A program made the position numbers and the translations under genes. From Octopus bimaculoides (Eukaryota), in assembly GCF_001194135.2 (NCBI RefSeq), contig NC_068987.1:91687099-91751098 (forward strand): a stretch of DNA of 64,000 nucleotides. The letters run 5' to 3'. Positions 1-12,914 of this stretch are shown here, piece after piece (within the stretch, counting starts at the first letter, position 1; each line of letters opens with the position of its first letter). Under the pieces are notes generated by a model. It searched no databases. It saw only the letters and a list, made by a program, of their open reading frames with translations, and was not told where the DNA came from.

Positions 1-83
<83 letters not shown>

Positions 84-95
84 GTGTATGTATGC
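1..95. repeat. (TA)n-(TG)n compound microsatellite
   Basis: Directly visible. Confidence 0.95.
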
Positions 96-660
96 TTGTG
101 TCCGTATCTCACATAATGCATTAATTATATCTATATTTCAAACGTTAGAGTTACAGAAGTTCTACAGATACATTAATTATCGAAAAGTTTTTACTTTCTT
201 CTCTCCTTTTTCATTTTGATATTATACACTATTTAAATGATTTTGTATTTTGTATTTGTCTCCAGAGTTTACAAAAAGCTTTAAATAACCAAATATGTAC
301 TGAGACGCATTTTATCGATTATATCTCTCACCTATTAATTTTGACTTTCTGCTAATACTGGAAACCATTGGTATTTTTAAAACACATTGGTCTTTTGTGA
401 TAACCTATTTTCCTTTTGTACCCGCCAATCAAAGTTGTACACCAGAATGGGTTTGTGCCAACTCCTCCAGATCAGTACGATTCATAATACTTTAAGGGGG
501 CAAAAATATGGATTTGTGACTGTAGGATGTCTGTCGAGAATAATTTCATGTGAATTGAATCGAAATATATCTAGCTTGGAGGAGTAAAAGACAAATTATT
601 TTGAATATCCATTCCTCAGTCAACAGATGCCTTACACTGCTGTCAATGCATATCAAATTG

Positions 661-870
661 GCTTTGAGTCTTGGCACAAGGCCAGCAATTTTGAGGGGGA
701 TGGAGAAAATCGATTACATGCTCAACTGGTACTTATTTTTATCGCTTCCTAAAGAATGACAGACAAATTCGACCTCGGCAGAATTTGAACACAGAGCGCA
801 ATAAAGGCGGACGAAACGTCGCTAGCATTCTTTGCAGGCATGCTAACTATTCTGCCAATACGCTGCCTTA
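661..870 (-). mobile_element. tRNA-derived SINE family A (~210 bp), diverged copy
   Basis: Reverse complement matches the copies at 12934, 43179 and 62972 (AAGGC..GGCAGAAT.GTTAGC head, GTTCAAATTC B-box, GAGGTCGA, GTACCAG, GGCCTTGTGCC). Confidence 0.85.
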
Positions 871-2019
871 CCAATACATATTATATTGACTGTAAATCGA
901 TAGTTTATGTAATTCGGTTTATACTGAAACACCATGTGATGCTTCAAGTATATCTGGGATTAAAAGAAACAGGACTTGAAGTAGAATTTTCCTCTTTTGA
1001 GGCAAAGTAGTGCTCTCGTTCATTCTCTGAAATGAGATAAATTTTGCTCTGTTCATCATCAAAGAGGAAAATGGGCACAAAACACGCGTTAATTAAATGT
1101 ATCTCTAATTACAAGCATCACATTTCAATTAGCTTCATACAATTTTTTAACACAATCTGCCGTTATAGGACCATGAAGAATTAATTACATTTAGTTATGT
1201 ACTGCAGGATACGCTTTTAGTTAAGTCTATACTCTTTCGATTTGAGTAGGTGTGTCCCCTTGTCCTCATATTCAATCTCTTAACAAGCATGCGTCAACAC
1301 ATTTAATATCCATTAATTAGTTCTGCCTGTTATAAACCATTTCTCAGTAAGTAACCAAGTCAACAAATGACATCTTTTACGGAAACCTGATGCGACATTC
1401 CTATCGGTATCTACGTCTTGCAAGAAATTGTCAAGATAAAATAAGAAGCAGATTGAGCTTTGGAAGAAGAATTCTTTACAATATTCATGTTAATTTATCA
1501 TATTTAAAATTTTTGAAAGCGTCCATTAGATAAAGAATAGTAACTCTTGTCTTCCCGGGACCTAGACCAGCGTATCTGTTCAACAGACCTGGAATAAGTC
1601 CCGTTTCTATTAATCTACACAAATTTTAGTTGGTGCAAGTTAAAAAGAAAGTTGAGTAAAGATATCAAAGTCGAAGCAGAAGACAAATTAAATACCTGAG
1701 AGTGTTTATACTTGTGCGCACGCGGTCGTCTATATGTCGATATGTGTGTGGCCGTTAGTGTTTGTATAGAAACAGCACAAACAAACACACACACACACAC
1801 ACAGACAGAATATATATGTATGAAAGCAAATATGTGTATATGTGTGTATATGTGAGAGTGTATAAACTACGATGGTCTATCAATAGAAAGGGTCGGAGCG
1901 GATGCAATATATTTTATTTGGTTTGGGTCGACTGAACAAGAAATTCTGCGTCCGTCAGTTCTTCAGAAAAACGAACAGATTACTGCAAGTTATAAAGGAT
2001 TCTGAAATTATTATATGCT

Positions 2020-2100
2020 GATTTCATATCAGTACGATTTCATATCAGTACGATTTCATATCAGTACGATTTCATATCAGTACCATTTGCATATCAGTAC
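2020..2100. repeat. 16-nt minisatellite (GATTTCATATCAGTAC) x4 plus 1 variant
   Basis: Four perfect tandem units followed by CATTTGCATATCAGTAC. Confidence 0.95.
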
Positions 2101-2204
2101 GTTCTTTGGCAGCGTGATAATTCGGTACCTACATCCATTCATTCTTAAGAAAAGGAAAAATGGTTTAACTGCAAGTTCTATTAAGAAATAAAAACGATGT
2201 ATAT

Positions 2205-2303
2205 ATCCATCCATCCATCCATCCATCCATCCATCCATCCATCCATCCATCCATCCATCCATCCATCTATCTATCTATCTATCTATCCATCTATCTATCT
2301 ATC
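2205..2303. repeat. (ATCC)n-(ATCT)n tetranucleotide microsatellite
   Basis: Directly visible. Confidence 0.95.
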
Positions 2304-3499
2304 TGTTTCTTGCATAAATAAAAGGAATTTTATTTAACAAACTGTGACACTAAGGACCGAGGTTACCGTGGTCTTTTCGTAGGTATTTCTTTCCACTGAT
2401 AACCTCCCCATTTATTGGGAATTTTCTCTATTATTTCGTATTTTGTGTAAATACCCCAAACGTTTTGCNNNNNNNNNNNNNNNNNNNNNNNNNNNNNNNN
2501 NNNNNNNNNNNNNNNNNNNNNNNNNNNNNNNNNNNNNNNNNNNNNNNNNNNNNNNNNNNNNNNNNNNNNNNNNNNNNNNNNNNNNNNNNNNNNNNNNNNN
2601 NNNNNNNNNNNNNNNNNNNNNNNNNNNNNNNNNNNNNNNNNNNNNNNNNNNNNNNNNNNNNNNNNNNNNNNNNNNNNNNNNNNNNNNNNNNNNNNNNNNN
2701 NNNNNNNNNNNNNNNNNNNNNNNNNNNNNNNNNNNNNNNNNNNNNNNNNNNNNNNNNNNNNNNNNNNNNNNNNNNNNNNNNNNNNNNNNNNNNNNNNNNN
2801 NNNNNNNNNNNNNNNNNNNNNNNNNNNNNNNNNNNNNNNNNNNNNNNNNNNNNNNNNNNNNNNNNNNNNNNNNNNNNNNNNNNNNNNNNNNNNNNNNNNN
2901 NNNNNNNNNNNNNNNNNNNNNNNNNNNNNNNNNNNNNNNNNNNNNNNNNNNNNNNNNNNNNNNNNNNNNNNNNNNNNNNNNNNNNNNNNNNNNNNNNNNN
3001 NNNNNNNNNNNNNNNNNNNNNNNNNNNNNNNNNNNNNNNNNNNNNNNNNNNNNNNNNNNNNNNNNNNNNNNNNNNNNNNNNNNNNNNNNNNNNNNNNNNN
3101 NNNNNNNNNNNNNNNNNNNNNNNNNNNNNNNNNNNNNNNNNNNNNNNNNNNNNNNNNNNNNNNNNNNNNNNNNNNNNNNNNNNNNNNNNNNNNNNNNNNN
3201 TGATGTACAGTTAGATATATATAGCTTTAAAAAGTTAGACGTTTTGATTGATAGACAGAAGAAGTAAATTGATAAAAGAATACATGTATAGAAGAATAAG
3301 GTAAGGGTGTGTTTGAGTCATTTATGTGGGTGGATAGATTTGTATGCATATATGGTAATGAAATGAAAGTTGGCGGGAGTTTGTGAGGTAGATAGAAGTA
3401 GCGAGTGAGTCGATAATGGAAAGCGAAATAAATAATGAATTATCTGGGAAAAGGTCATGGAGAGACGTATAGACTGGCACGATTGATCAACAACACCTA

Positions 3500-3816
3500 T
3501 TCACACATACACACACCATGTCCATATATATATATATATACATATACGCACACACACAAACACACGCACATATACATATATATATATACATTCATAGACA
3601 TGCGTGTACACACACACGCACACACACACACACACACACTCACAATACATAAACTCACACACACACACATATATATATGCATATATAACTATAGTAATAT
3701 ATTATAATAAAATATGCATATATATTCATATATACATATATATACATTCATACACAGACACACCCACACACGCTCGCGTGCGCACACACACGCTCGCGTG
3801 CGCACACACACGCACA

Positions 3817-3854
<38 letters not shown>

Positions 3855-3985
3855 GATGTAATAATATATATATATATATATATATATACATTCATACAGA
3901 CGCGCGTACACACACACACACATATGCATATATATTTATATATAGATATATGTGTGTGTGCGTGTGATATATATATATATATACC
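3500..3985. repeat. (TA)n/(CA)n mosaic with a 20-nt tandem duplication (CGCTCGCGTGCGCACACACA x2, 3771-3810)
   Basis: Directly visible; source of the His/Thr/Ile/Tyr ORFs in the track. Confidence 0.9.
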
Positions 3986-4344
3986 TTCACAAAATTCACA
4001 CACGTATAATGGATTTCAGGAGGATTCATTCAATACTGCTCAGTGTTTCACGCATGCTTTATACAAACGATCCACCAAACAAAGTGTGTTTAGATATTCA
4101 GTTAACAAGCAAATCCGTGTGTCCGATGCACACCAGTTGGCACCATTCGGCTACCATAGAGGAAATCATATCAGTTACTATCATGTGGGCAGATATCTAT
4201 GATCTAAAATAATATTTCCATCCCAAGAAAACCATTCCATGTCTGTTGACCTTCATTCACGAAACGCGACGATATATTTAACGATAGAAACAACTTCTAC
4301 GGCCTCCCATGTAATACATCATCCAAGACATGTAACTTTTACCT

Positions 4345-4520
4345 TTGATTTCTTGCAGTCATTAGATGACGGCCATGCTGGGGCACCCCTTTCGGGAGTT
4401 TTTGTCGAATGAATTGACCCCAGTGCTTATTTTTTAAAGCCTGGTACTATCTCTATCAGACCCTTTTGCCGAGCCGCTAAGTTAAGGGAACTCAAACACA
4501 CCAACACCAGTTGCCATGCA
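4345..4520 (-). mobile_element. SINE family B, 3' half, followed by (CA)n
   Basis: Reverse complement matches 41700-41890 (CTTAGCGG.TCGGCAAAAG ... CCCCAGCATGGCCG ... ATGACTG). Confidence 0.8.
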
Positions 4521-4950
4521 GTGGTTTTTGGACAAACACACACACACACACACACACATACACACACACATACACACACACACAACCACACACACACGCA
4601 CGCACACAGACACACACACATACACATACACACACGGACACACACACACACACACGCACGCACATGCACCCCCTCACATTAATTTATTTCGTCATTTTCT
4701 AACTGAGAATACGATATTTCGTCAGTTGTTTTTAAAGCAGAAGACGTGCAAGGAAAGAACGTTCATAAGGAAGAAGACAAAAGGAAAACACAAGGGAGGT
4801 GATCATCGTTAGAAGAGTGTCATGTGATTAATCAACGTGTTTGAAAACAATCATATCTTCTTTATCAAGTTGATAAGAGTGGTTTCGAATATTTAGAGAT
4901 ATATATTTGCGGCAGCCGTCCGATTTTTTTCTGGGGGCGCTGCAGATATA

Positions 4951-5155
4951 CAACAATCCCTCTACTATCTTAGGTATTACGTTCGAAAATAACCCACGAT
5001 AGGTGAAAATCCGCGAATTAGAAACAGTAGTGTACTGTATTTTTTGTTATTTTTATAATTTGTATATATATTTTTTGTTATAAATGCAAAACAACACCAC
5101 AGAGGAATCGATGTAAACCATGATAGGTGAAGCGCGACATGGTGAGGGATTACTG
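4951..5155. mobile_element. pogo/Tigger-like MITE (~205 bp)
   Basis: TA|CAACAATCCCTC ... GAGGGATTACTG|TA: 10/12 terminal inverted repeat, TA on both sides, CAGTAATCCCTC-type end. Confidence 0.75.
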
Positions 5156-5219
5156 TATGTTCTCATTAAATTTCGATTTCTATTGTACGAATTTGATAAT
5201 GTTTGCCACCCTTTTTTTA

Positions 5220-5380
5220 AGGTGCTGCTATGAGGTTAGAAGTTTGCTTGCCTACCACATGATTCCGAGTGCAATCCCACTTCGTGGAACTACGGGTGAA
5301 TGTCTTTTCGTACGTCCTAGGGCCGACCAAAGCTTTCGAAGTGGATTTAATATACGGAAACAACAGACAGAAAGAAGCAC
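5220..5380 (+). mobile_element. SINE family B, 5' half (diverged), runs into gap
   Basis: Matches 31307 and 41268 (CCACATG.TTCCG.GT.CAATCCCACT.CGTGG ... GGCCGACCAAAGC ... GTGGATTT ... ACGGAAAC). Confidence 0.75.
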
Positions 5381-5824
5381 NNNNNNNNNNNNNNNNNNNN
5401 NNNNNNNNNNNNNNNNNNNNNNNNNNNNNNNNNNNNNNNNNNNNNNNNNNNNNNNNNNNNNNNNNNNNNNNNNNNNNNNNNNNNNNNNNNNNNNNNNNNN
5501 NNNNNNNNNNNNNNNNNNNNNNNNNNNNNNNNNNNNNNNNNNNNNNNNNNNNNNNNNNNNNNNNNNNNNNNNNNNNNNNNNNNNNNNNNNNNNNNNNNNN
5601 NNNNNNNNNNNNNNNNNNNNNNNNNNNNNNNNNNNNNNNNNNNNNNNNNNNNNNNNNNNNNNNNNNNNNNNNNNNNNNNNNNNNNNNNNNNNNNNNNNNN
5701 NNNNNNNNNNNNNNNNNNNNNNNNNNNNNNNNNNNNNNNNNNNNNNNNNNNNNNNNNNNNNNNNNNNNNNNNNNNNNNNNNNNNNNNNNNNNNNNNNNNN
5801 NNNNNNNNNNNNNNNNNNNNNNNN

Positions 5825-5879
<55 letters not shown>

Positions 5880-7352
5880 TATATATAGTTATGGTATATT
5901 CTGTTAAGAACGTAGCAGAGTACAGTATAAATCCTCGTTCACCTTCAGATTTCACCTTCTGCTATCCAGTAGAAGTCTTATACGTACTTCCAGGTTTGTG
6001 TTTTGGCCTCTGTCTTGTGTAAATAGGTAATTGAAAAAAAATTGGAGTCGACAAGAAGGGGTACGTTTGGTCATTTATTTTCAATCACTACAATTGTAGT
6101 GAATGAAAATAAATATCCACCCGTACTCTTTGTTGAGTAAATTTTTCAGTTGTGTGTGTGTGTATTTATTAATTGTAAAGTTTATTCTCTATCTCTCGCA
6201 AGTTAACGTTCACTTCCAACGCAGAAATGCTACAAACATTTCATTACTAATATGAAAAGGTCAGCAAAGCGTATTGGATGCTGAATATCATCGTTCTTAT
6301 ATCACACATTCGAAGCAGAAGACAGCCTAGTCAGCGCCCACTATATTAGCCAACAGTCACCACCATCCACTTGTGCGCTCACTCGGAGGGTTTTGCTTAT
6401 CTACGTAGTAAGACCTTAATCATAGATGGGAGATACATACGACGCACTGCCAACTCCTTCAAATTCCGTTATTTCCTCCATTTACAAACATTTTGAATCA
6501 GAGATAGGTAAACTCTACTTAAGTCACCAAATTTTCTGATACTCAGAAATATCGACTAAAACATAGGCCAACGTGTACTAAGCTATAACATGTTCAAATA
6601 CATATATATACTTCAGTGAAGTTCCGATTATAAAAGCTACCAGTGATATCACATTAAATGGGATTCAAAATATCATTTAGTTATCATCGAAGAAATATTT
6701 TCCCTCTAGTTTCCATGTGCCTGAAAATCCATTGGAACCCAATTGAATCTGAACTCTTCAAGACTTAAACAAATGCATTGGTGGGGTTCGTTCTGCTTTC
6801 CTTTAAACAACATTAATCATTCCGAGCATTCAAAATTTGATACATATTCAGTAACGCACGTCACGCGATGATAACTGACCTGGAACAAACGCTCTAACAA
6901 AACGGCTTCTGTAATTCACAAGATACTGCCTGCTCGGTCGTGCGTGTAGTGCATGTGAGAAACGTTGTGCAGCAACAGAATGTACGAGAAATCAGTTGCT
7001 TATAAATATAAAACTACACAACTACTTTTTCTACTCTTTCCTTTTATTTGTGAAAACAGCAACACTCAGGCACATACGTCATNNNNNNNNNNNNNNNNNN
7101 NNNNNNNNNNNNNNNNNNNNNNNNNNNNNNNNNNNNNNNNNNNNNNNNNNNNNNNNNNNNNNNNNNNNNNNNNNNNNNNNNNNNNNNNNNNNNNNNNNNN
7201 NNNNNNNNNNNNNNNNNNNNNNNNNNNNNNNNNNNNNNNNNNNNNNNNNNNNNNNNNNNNNNNNNNNNNNNNNNNNNNNNNNNNNNNNNNNNNNNNNNNN
7301 NNNNNNNNNNNNNNNNNNNNNNNNNNNNNNNNNNNNNNNNNNNNNNNNNNNN

Positions 7353-7432
<80 letters not shown>

Positions 7433-7504
7433 GTATATAAATATATATATAGTTTTATGCATGTTTGTGTATGTATGTATTCGTACACATATACATGCAT
7501 AATG

Positions 7505-7740
7505 AATTAAGGAAAGAATGACAAGGAATTTGATGAAAGCAATCTTCAATAGAGAAAACAATCGAAGAAGGAGATAAAGAAGGAAAAAATAAAGAAGGAA
7601 ACGATGAATGAACAGCGAAACGAAGAAAGAAAATGAAAAGAAAAAAGTAAAAAGAGGGAGAAGGAAACACTGTAAAGGAGGAGGAGGAAAATAAGAGAAG
7701 AAGAAGAAGATGAAAAGCAATTAAGGATAAATTTAAAGTA
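7505..7740. repeat. Purine-rich (GAA/GGA) low-complexity tract
   Basis: Directly visible. Confidence 0.8.
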
Positions 7741-8896
7741 AAGCCATAACTTGTTAATAAAATTGTTTTGATCGAAAATGACATGAAATTAAAACTTGTT
7801 TTTTGTGTTTGGTTGTGAGAAAGATGATTAATGGAAGCTACTGCTAACTTGACTCTCATCTACTTTAATATATTTAATTTACTCGTGCATCTCACACCAA
7901 TTTATGTTTTAATCGAATTTAGACACTTTCGTCTCTGCAAATCCTAAGCTAGCATCACACTGTAAACTGAATCGATGTAACCTAATAGACAGTCAACGTG
8001 AATAACTAAGCACACACAATTTTTCAACTTCTCAAGTGAAATCTTCAGATTTTTAAACACTGTTTTAGCTTTCCAAGATGGCAGTCGTAGCTGGAACTGT
8101 CTAAATGTGATAAATTGTCTTCGAAACGGCACCCCGGGGATGTCAGCTCACAGAGGGCGGCTATAGTAATCTAGTTATAAAACAAAGGTAGAAGCACACA
8201 AGACTATTCGTTATATTACAAGGACAATTTTCCTGCGAATTCCAAAGACACATGTGGTTCCTGCTACCTTTGTTTCTCTCTTTTTCTCCCTAAAAAATTG
8301 CTAAACCCGAAATCAAGTGCATTGTCAGTCGAGTGTTTACTATATATATATNNNNNNNNNNNNNNNNNNNNNNNNNNNNNNNNNNNNNNNNNNNNNNNNN
8401 NNNNNNNNNNNNNNNNNNNNNNNNNNNNNNNNNNNNNNNNNNNNNNNNNNNNNNNNNNNNNNNNNNNNNNNNNNNNNNNNNNNNNNNNNNNNNNNNNNNN
8501 NNNNNNNNNNNNNNNNNNNNNNNNNNNNNNNNNNNNNNNNNNNNNNNNNNNNNNNNNNNNNNNNNNNNNNNNNNNNNNNNNNNNNNNNNNNNNNNNNNNN
8601 NNNNNNNNNNNNNNNNNNNNNNNNNNNNNNNNNNNNNNNNNNNNNNNNNNNNNNNNNNNNNNNNNNNNNNNNNNNNNNNNNNNNNNNNNNNNNNNNNNNN
8701 NNNNNNNNNNNNNNNNNNNNNNNNNNNNNNNNNNNNNNNNNNNNNNNNNNNNNNNNNNNNNNNNNNNNNNNNNNNNNNNNNNNNNNNNNNNNNNNNNNNN
8801 NNNNNNNNNNNNNNNNNNNNNNNNNNNNNNNNNNNNNNNNNNNNNNNNNNNNNNNNNNNNNNNNNNNNNNNNNNNNNNNNNNNNNNNNNNNNNNNN

Positions 8897-8929
<33 letters not shown>

Positions 8930-11019
8930 GTACGACCTCTATACTGCGTATGTTGTACAGAGTGAAAAGGAAATCATACATTCAAAATGTCGTTATTTTG
9001 ATTCTATTTTTATGTATGTAAGAAATAATTTAATATATATAACCATCTTCCAAGAATGCAAGGAATAATTTCAGGAAATGTGACTGGTGTTTGTAGCAGA
9101 TCAAGTAACTTTGTCATTGGCTGAAATAAGGTAAGAAGTTGTTTGGGATTGGTATTTGTGAAGACATTTAACAGAAATCCAGTCCCCAATACAATAATGC
9201 GCAAGTCGGTTAGTGGTAGTTCTTTTACGATGTAATCTACATTAAAAATAAAAGATATAGAATTGATATTCTATATCTTTCAATTATATTTAAATTATTA
9301 TAAAATATATAATTTATCCTCTGGGATATATATCTATACTATCTTATACGTTATTTATTGAATTTTTTTCTCCGTTGCTTCGGCAAATTCCATTGAAATT
9401 TTCTAATTTTTAGAACATAAACATCTTTATCGTATTTTGTATCGGAATTCCATTGAGATTGATAGAAATCGATTTATTTTATGAACATTAGTATCCAGGA
9501 CTATTGAGCAAAGCATTTCTTTTTAAATAGATTCCATTTTTTTTATTGATTCTACGAATCGGTTTTTCATTAACACGAAGCCTCAGACTTGTAGGTGATG
9601 GGAAATGGGAGGTGATGGCATGCATAAATTTCAGAAAAGTATTAACGACATTACTTTAGTTTAGAGACTATATTTCGGAATGAAATAATTTAGTAATACT
9701 CTTGCTGATGGCTTGAAAGACCTAAATTTCACGTTTCCGTGTCAATAAACATCTGAGTATTAGTTGAAACTGTTCGTACCACCTGTGTACAGTGAAATCG
9801 TTATGTACTCTGGCATAATATAGATCTTACTAAAATTATTATTTACGCTCCTGAAGAATAATCATCTTTTACGTTGTAGTTCAATATGCTAGAAATTGCA
9901 GTCAAATCTTACACAAATCGTATTATATCGTCTTAAACCAGGAAAAAAAACCTATGGCAAATTCAATGCATCGTATATGAAAAGTGCTTCAGCGGATTAA
10001 ACGGATTAAATGTTTATTTTACACAATCAACACCAAAAGAAATAAGACAAAATGCATATTCCTTATTTAACACGTTCACCACATAACACAACTTTCAGAA
10101 TATATTTAGCAACATAGCACAAAACGATAAATCATATTTTTCTATAGGTTTAACCTCTAAATGTAGGCTGTTGTTGATAAAGAATTTGAAATAAGAGTTA
10201 CTGACGATATAGGGCTCTGTTAGAGAAATTGGCTTGACGTTCTAAGTAAAAGATCCGACAAAGCAACAGTGGGAATTGGAAAGTTAATTAAAATGTCTAT
10301 TATCAGGAAAATAGTTTATCAGAAATAGATATCACGGAACTAAAACAAACACAGATTTACTAATAATACTTCGGAATTAACGAACTAAACAAAGGGCATA
10401 ACACACAACTGACAATAAAATGTTATCAAAGAATATGATAATCGCATTAGAATAATAGTAAAACCGAAGTTAAATACGAGTTAATTAGGTAATACGCATC
10501 AATTCTCAAGCGGCTTATATAATGATAAAATTTTACATTTTTTCTCGATGTGGCGCTGTATACACTTGCAAGCCTAGAGAGGGAAACACATATCATAAAT
10601 GTATTCGCATTGCAACGCAAAAAAGGGCTCAAAATTTAATATTGACAACGAATTCTAAGGAAAACCTGGTGCAATAAACACACCGGAGATATTTTGCCTT
10701 ATGCAGAAACTGCTGGAGATATTCAGAGGCACAGCAAGCTCTTCTGAATCAATCGCAATTTCGGAAACTCTTTCGTATGATCAGCAGGTGTCCCAGGATC
10801 ACAAATTTCATCTATTAGTCTTTAAGCTTTTCCTGAACTGAGCAGTGAGAACTGAGCTAGTTCAGTCTTCGCCTGCGGAAGGGTTTCAACAGCGGTTTCT
10901 AGTCAACCACATCCAACTTTTGTTGGTTTCAACTGCCATAAGTTTCTTCTGTCGTCTGGGCTCCAAATTAATCTTCTACAAGAAAGAGAACACTGATCTA
11001 ACTGAAATGCTAGTGGAGG

Positions 11020-11360
11020 AGGAGAGGAGACCCCCATCGGTCATGAATGACCATCGGACTGCACCGAGAACGTTACCCTCTGAGGCACAAGTTCGGGCAA
11101 GGTTGTTTGTTGAAGGCCAGCTGGTATGCCCATGCATACCAGCCTCCCTTCTCCACACCACTGATGTTATCCAAGGGAAAGGCAAAGGCTGATATGGCTT
11201 GGTACCAGTGATGTCGCAACTCATTTCTACAGCTGAGTTAACTGAAGCAACGTGAAATAAAGTGATTTGCTCAAGAACACAACAGGCAGCCTGGTCCGGG
11301 AATCGAACTCACAACCTCACGATCGTAAGCTCGACGCTCTAACCACTGAGCCATGCGCCT
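11020..11360 (-). mobile_element. tRNA-Arg-derived CORE-type SINE (resembles octopus OR1/OR2), ~340 bp
   Basis: Minus strand: AGGCGCATGGCTCAGTGG (A-box) ... CTTACGAT (ACG anticodon-like) ... GAGTTCGATTCCC (B-box), then GTGTTCTTGAGCAAATCACTTTATTTCAC ... CAGCTGTAGAAATG resembling the CORE domain. The family name is recalled, not searched. Confidence 0.8.
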
Positions 11361-12210
11361 AGCACACTATTGTAAAATACCCATAGAAGGAATGCAAACA
11401 TCTAATAGAGAATAACAGAAGCCAAATTTCAAATTACAATTATTGCAAAACGGGAACGAAACAAAAGAAAATGTTTTTTATCTTCCCTAGAATTCTTGAA
11501 GAACCCAAACAACAGGAGTGGCTGGTGGAGATAAGTTTGTGATGAACCATAAAAGAAGCAGCGAAAGTTTAAAACCACACTTAAAATGTGATGCTAAACT
11601 CTGTTCATAGTGAACGTTCGAAAGGGTTGAATAAAGCGGAAAAATAAGAAACGCTGTTATATTATTATAAAGCTGTCGAGTGGAAGGTTCCTGAAACGGT
11701 GCGCATTCTCTCCTGTTACCAAGTCTCTAACTCTTCCAATGAAAACCTTTGTACATCTTCATTCCGTGGGTCGTGTATTTGTTGCTGTTTGACTCACCCA
11801 CAATAATAATGGATTTGCTTTCAAATAACCTTGTTTTTGTTTTTTCCGGTCGTTTCGCTCTGCTTTATTTGTATTAAAAAATTGTTTCACTATGTTTATT
11901 TGTTCATTCACTTCGTTTTGTATAAATGATATAATTGTTGTTTGTGATCTGATGAAATAAGCATATTACAAGGACGGGTTTTATTAAGTGATTCTGTTTC
12001 ATTTACTTTTGCTTGTCTTTATTTTGTTTCATTATGGCCAGAAATATTAGTCACACACGGTTGGTTACCTTGGTAACGTACAAGGGTGTTATTTCACCGT
12101 TAGATTCTGGGTGTAATTCCTAAATGTGATTCATACTAACTGGTGCATTTTTATTAATTCACTGTCAGAAGCTTTTTTTTTTTTTTTATATCATCGGGTT
12201 TATTGTTATC

Positions 12211-12742
12211 GCATGTTGTCAAATTGACAATGGTGTAAAATATACGAAGCCCAGTGTACCCATCATGACTACCCGTCTGATAAGGGTACGCCAGGCACAT
12301 GCATCACAACCATATGTGCGCGACATGGTGATCTCATATCAAAATAAACAGTACAGGAACCTGCAGGTGGGACCCACTTTGAATTTACCTCACCTCGAGT
12401 AGCCCATCCCGCTCAAAAGTTCCCTGAATACAGTATGTTTAAGGATGCTGAACAAAACAGCCATGTTTCCAGAGGTGAATTATTCAAACTCAAAAGAATT
12501 CCTCTCAACACATAGCTTAGATGCTTTCCCACTACTTCTACTCGTGATCAGAGATACACATATCGTCATCTAGCAAGGGACATGCTCAATTGGCTAAGAT
12601 CAAACAACTGACAAGCAAATCTATAGTACTGAGCAGAATATTTGCTGTAGCCCATCTTTCATACCGAAACAAAACATGCACATGATAACGCTTCCAATCA
12701 GTTGAGATCAGAAGCCATGAGGGCCACTGCCTGGTATTGCAC
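12211..12742 (-). mobile_element. Interspersed repeat family C (~530 bp, non-coding), copy 1
   Basis: Colinear reverse-complement match over its length to 20449-20972 and 48231-48785. Confidence 0.9.
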
Positions 12743-12744
12743 TT

Positions 12745-12754
12745 ATTGTTGTAG

Positions 12755-12795
<41 letters not shown>

Positions 12796-12834
12796 CTTCT
12801 TCTTCTTCTTCTTCTTCTTCTTCTTCTTCTTCTT

Positions 12835-12914
<80 letters not shown>

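Noticed and set aside
1140-1610. Possible LINE remnant (CTAGGTCCCGGGAAGAC resembles 49283-49299; GQGDTP)
   Set aside because: Only short word matches with many stops; cannot be supported.
2020-2100. Direct repeats as a CRISPR array
   Set aside because: No spacers, eukaryotic context, no cas genes.
10640-11010. Possible exon (acceptor-like TTCTCTTTCTTGTAG on minus) or RTE remnant
   Set aside because: All frames close within about 30 codons and there is no convincing motif.
11290-11360. Genuine tRNA-Arg gene
   Set aside because: No proper acceptor stem or terminator; it continues into a SINE body. The same applies to the heads at 28080-28311 and 31307.
12590-12741. U2 snRNA-like words TGGCTAAGATCAA and CCTGGTATTGCA in family C copy 1
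   Set aside because: The other two copies read TGGTTAAGGTCAA, and copy 3 reads CCTTGTACTGCA; the intervening sequence is unlike U2. Likely chance.
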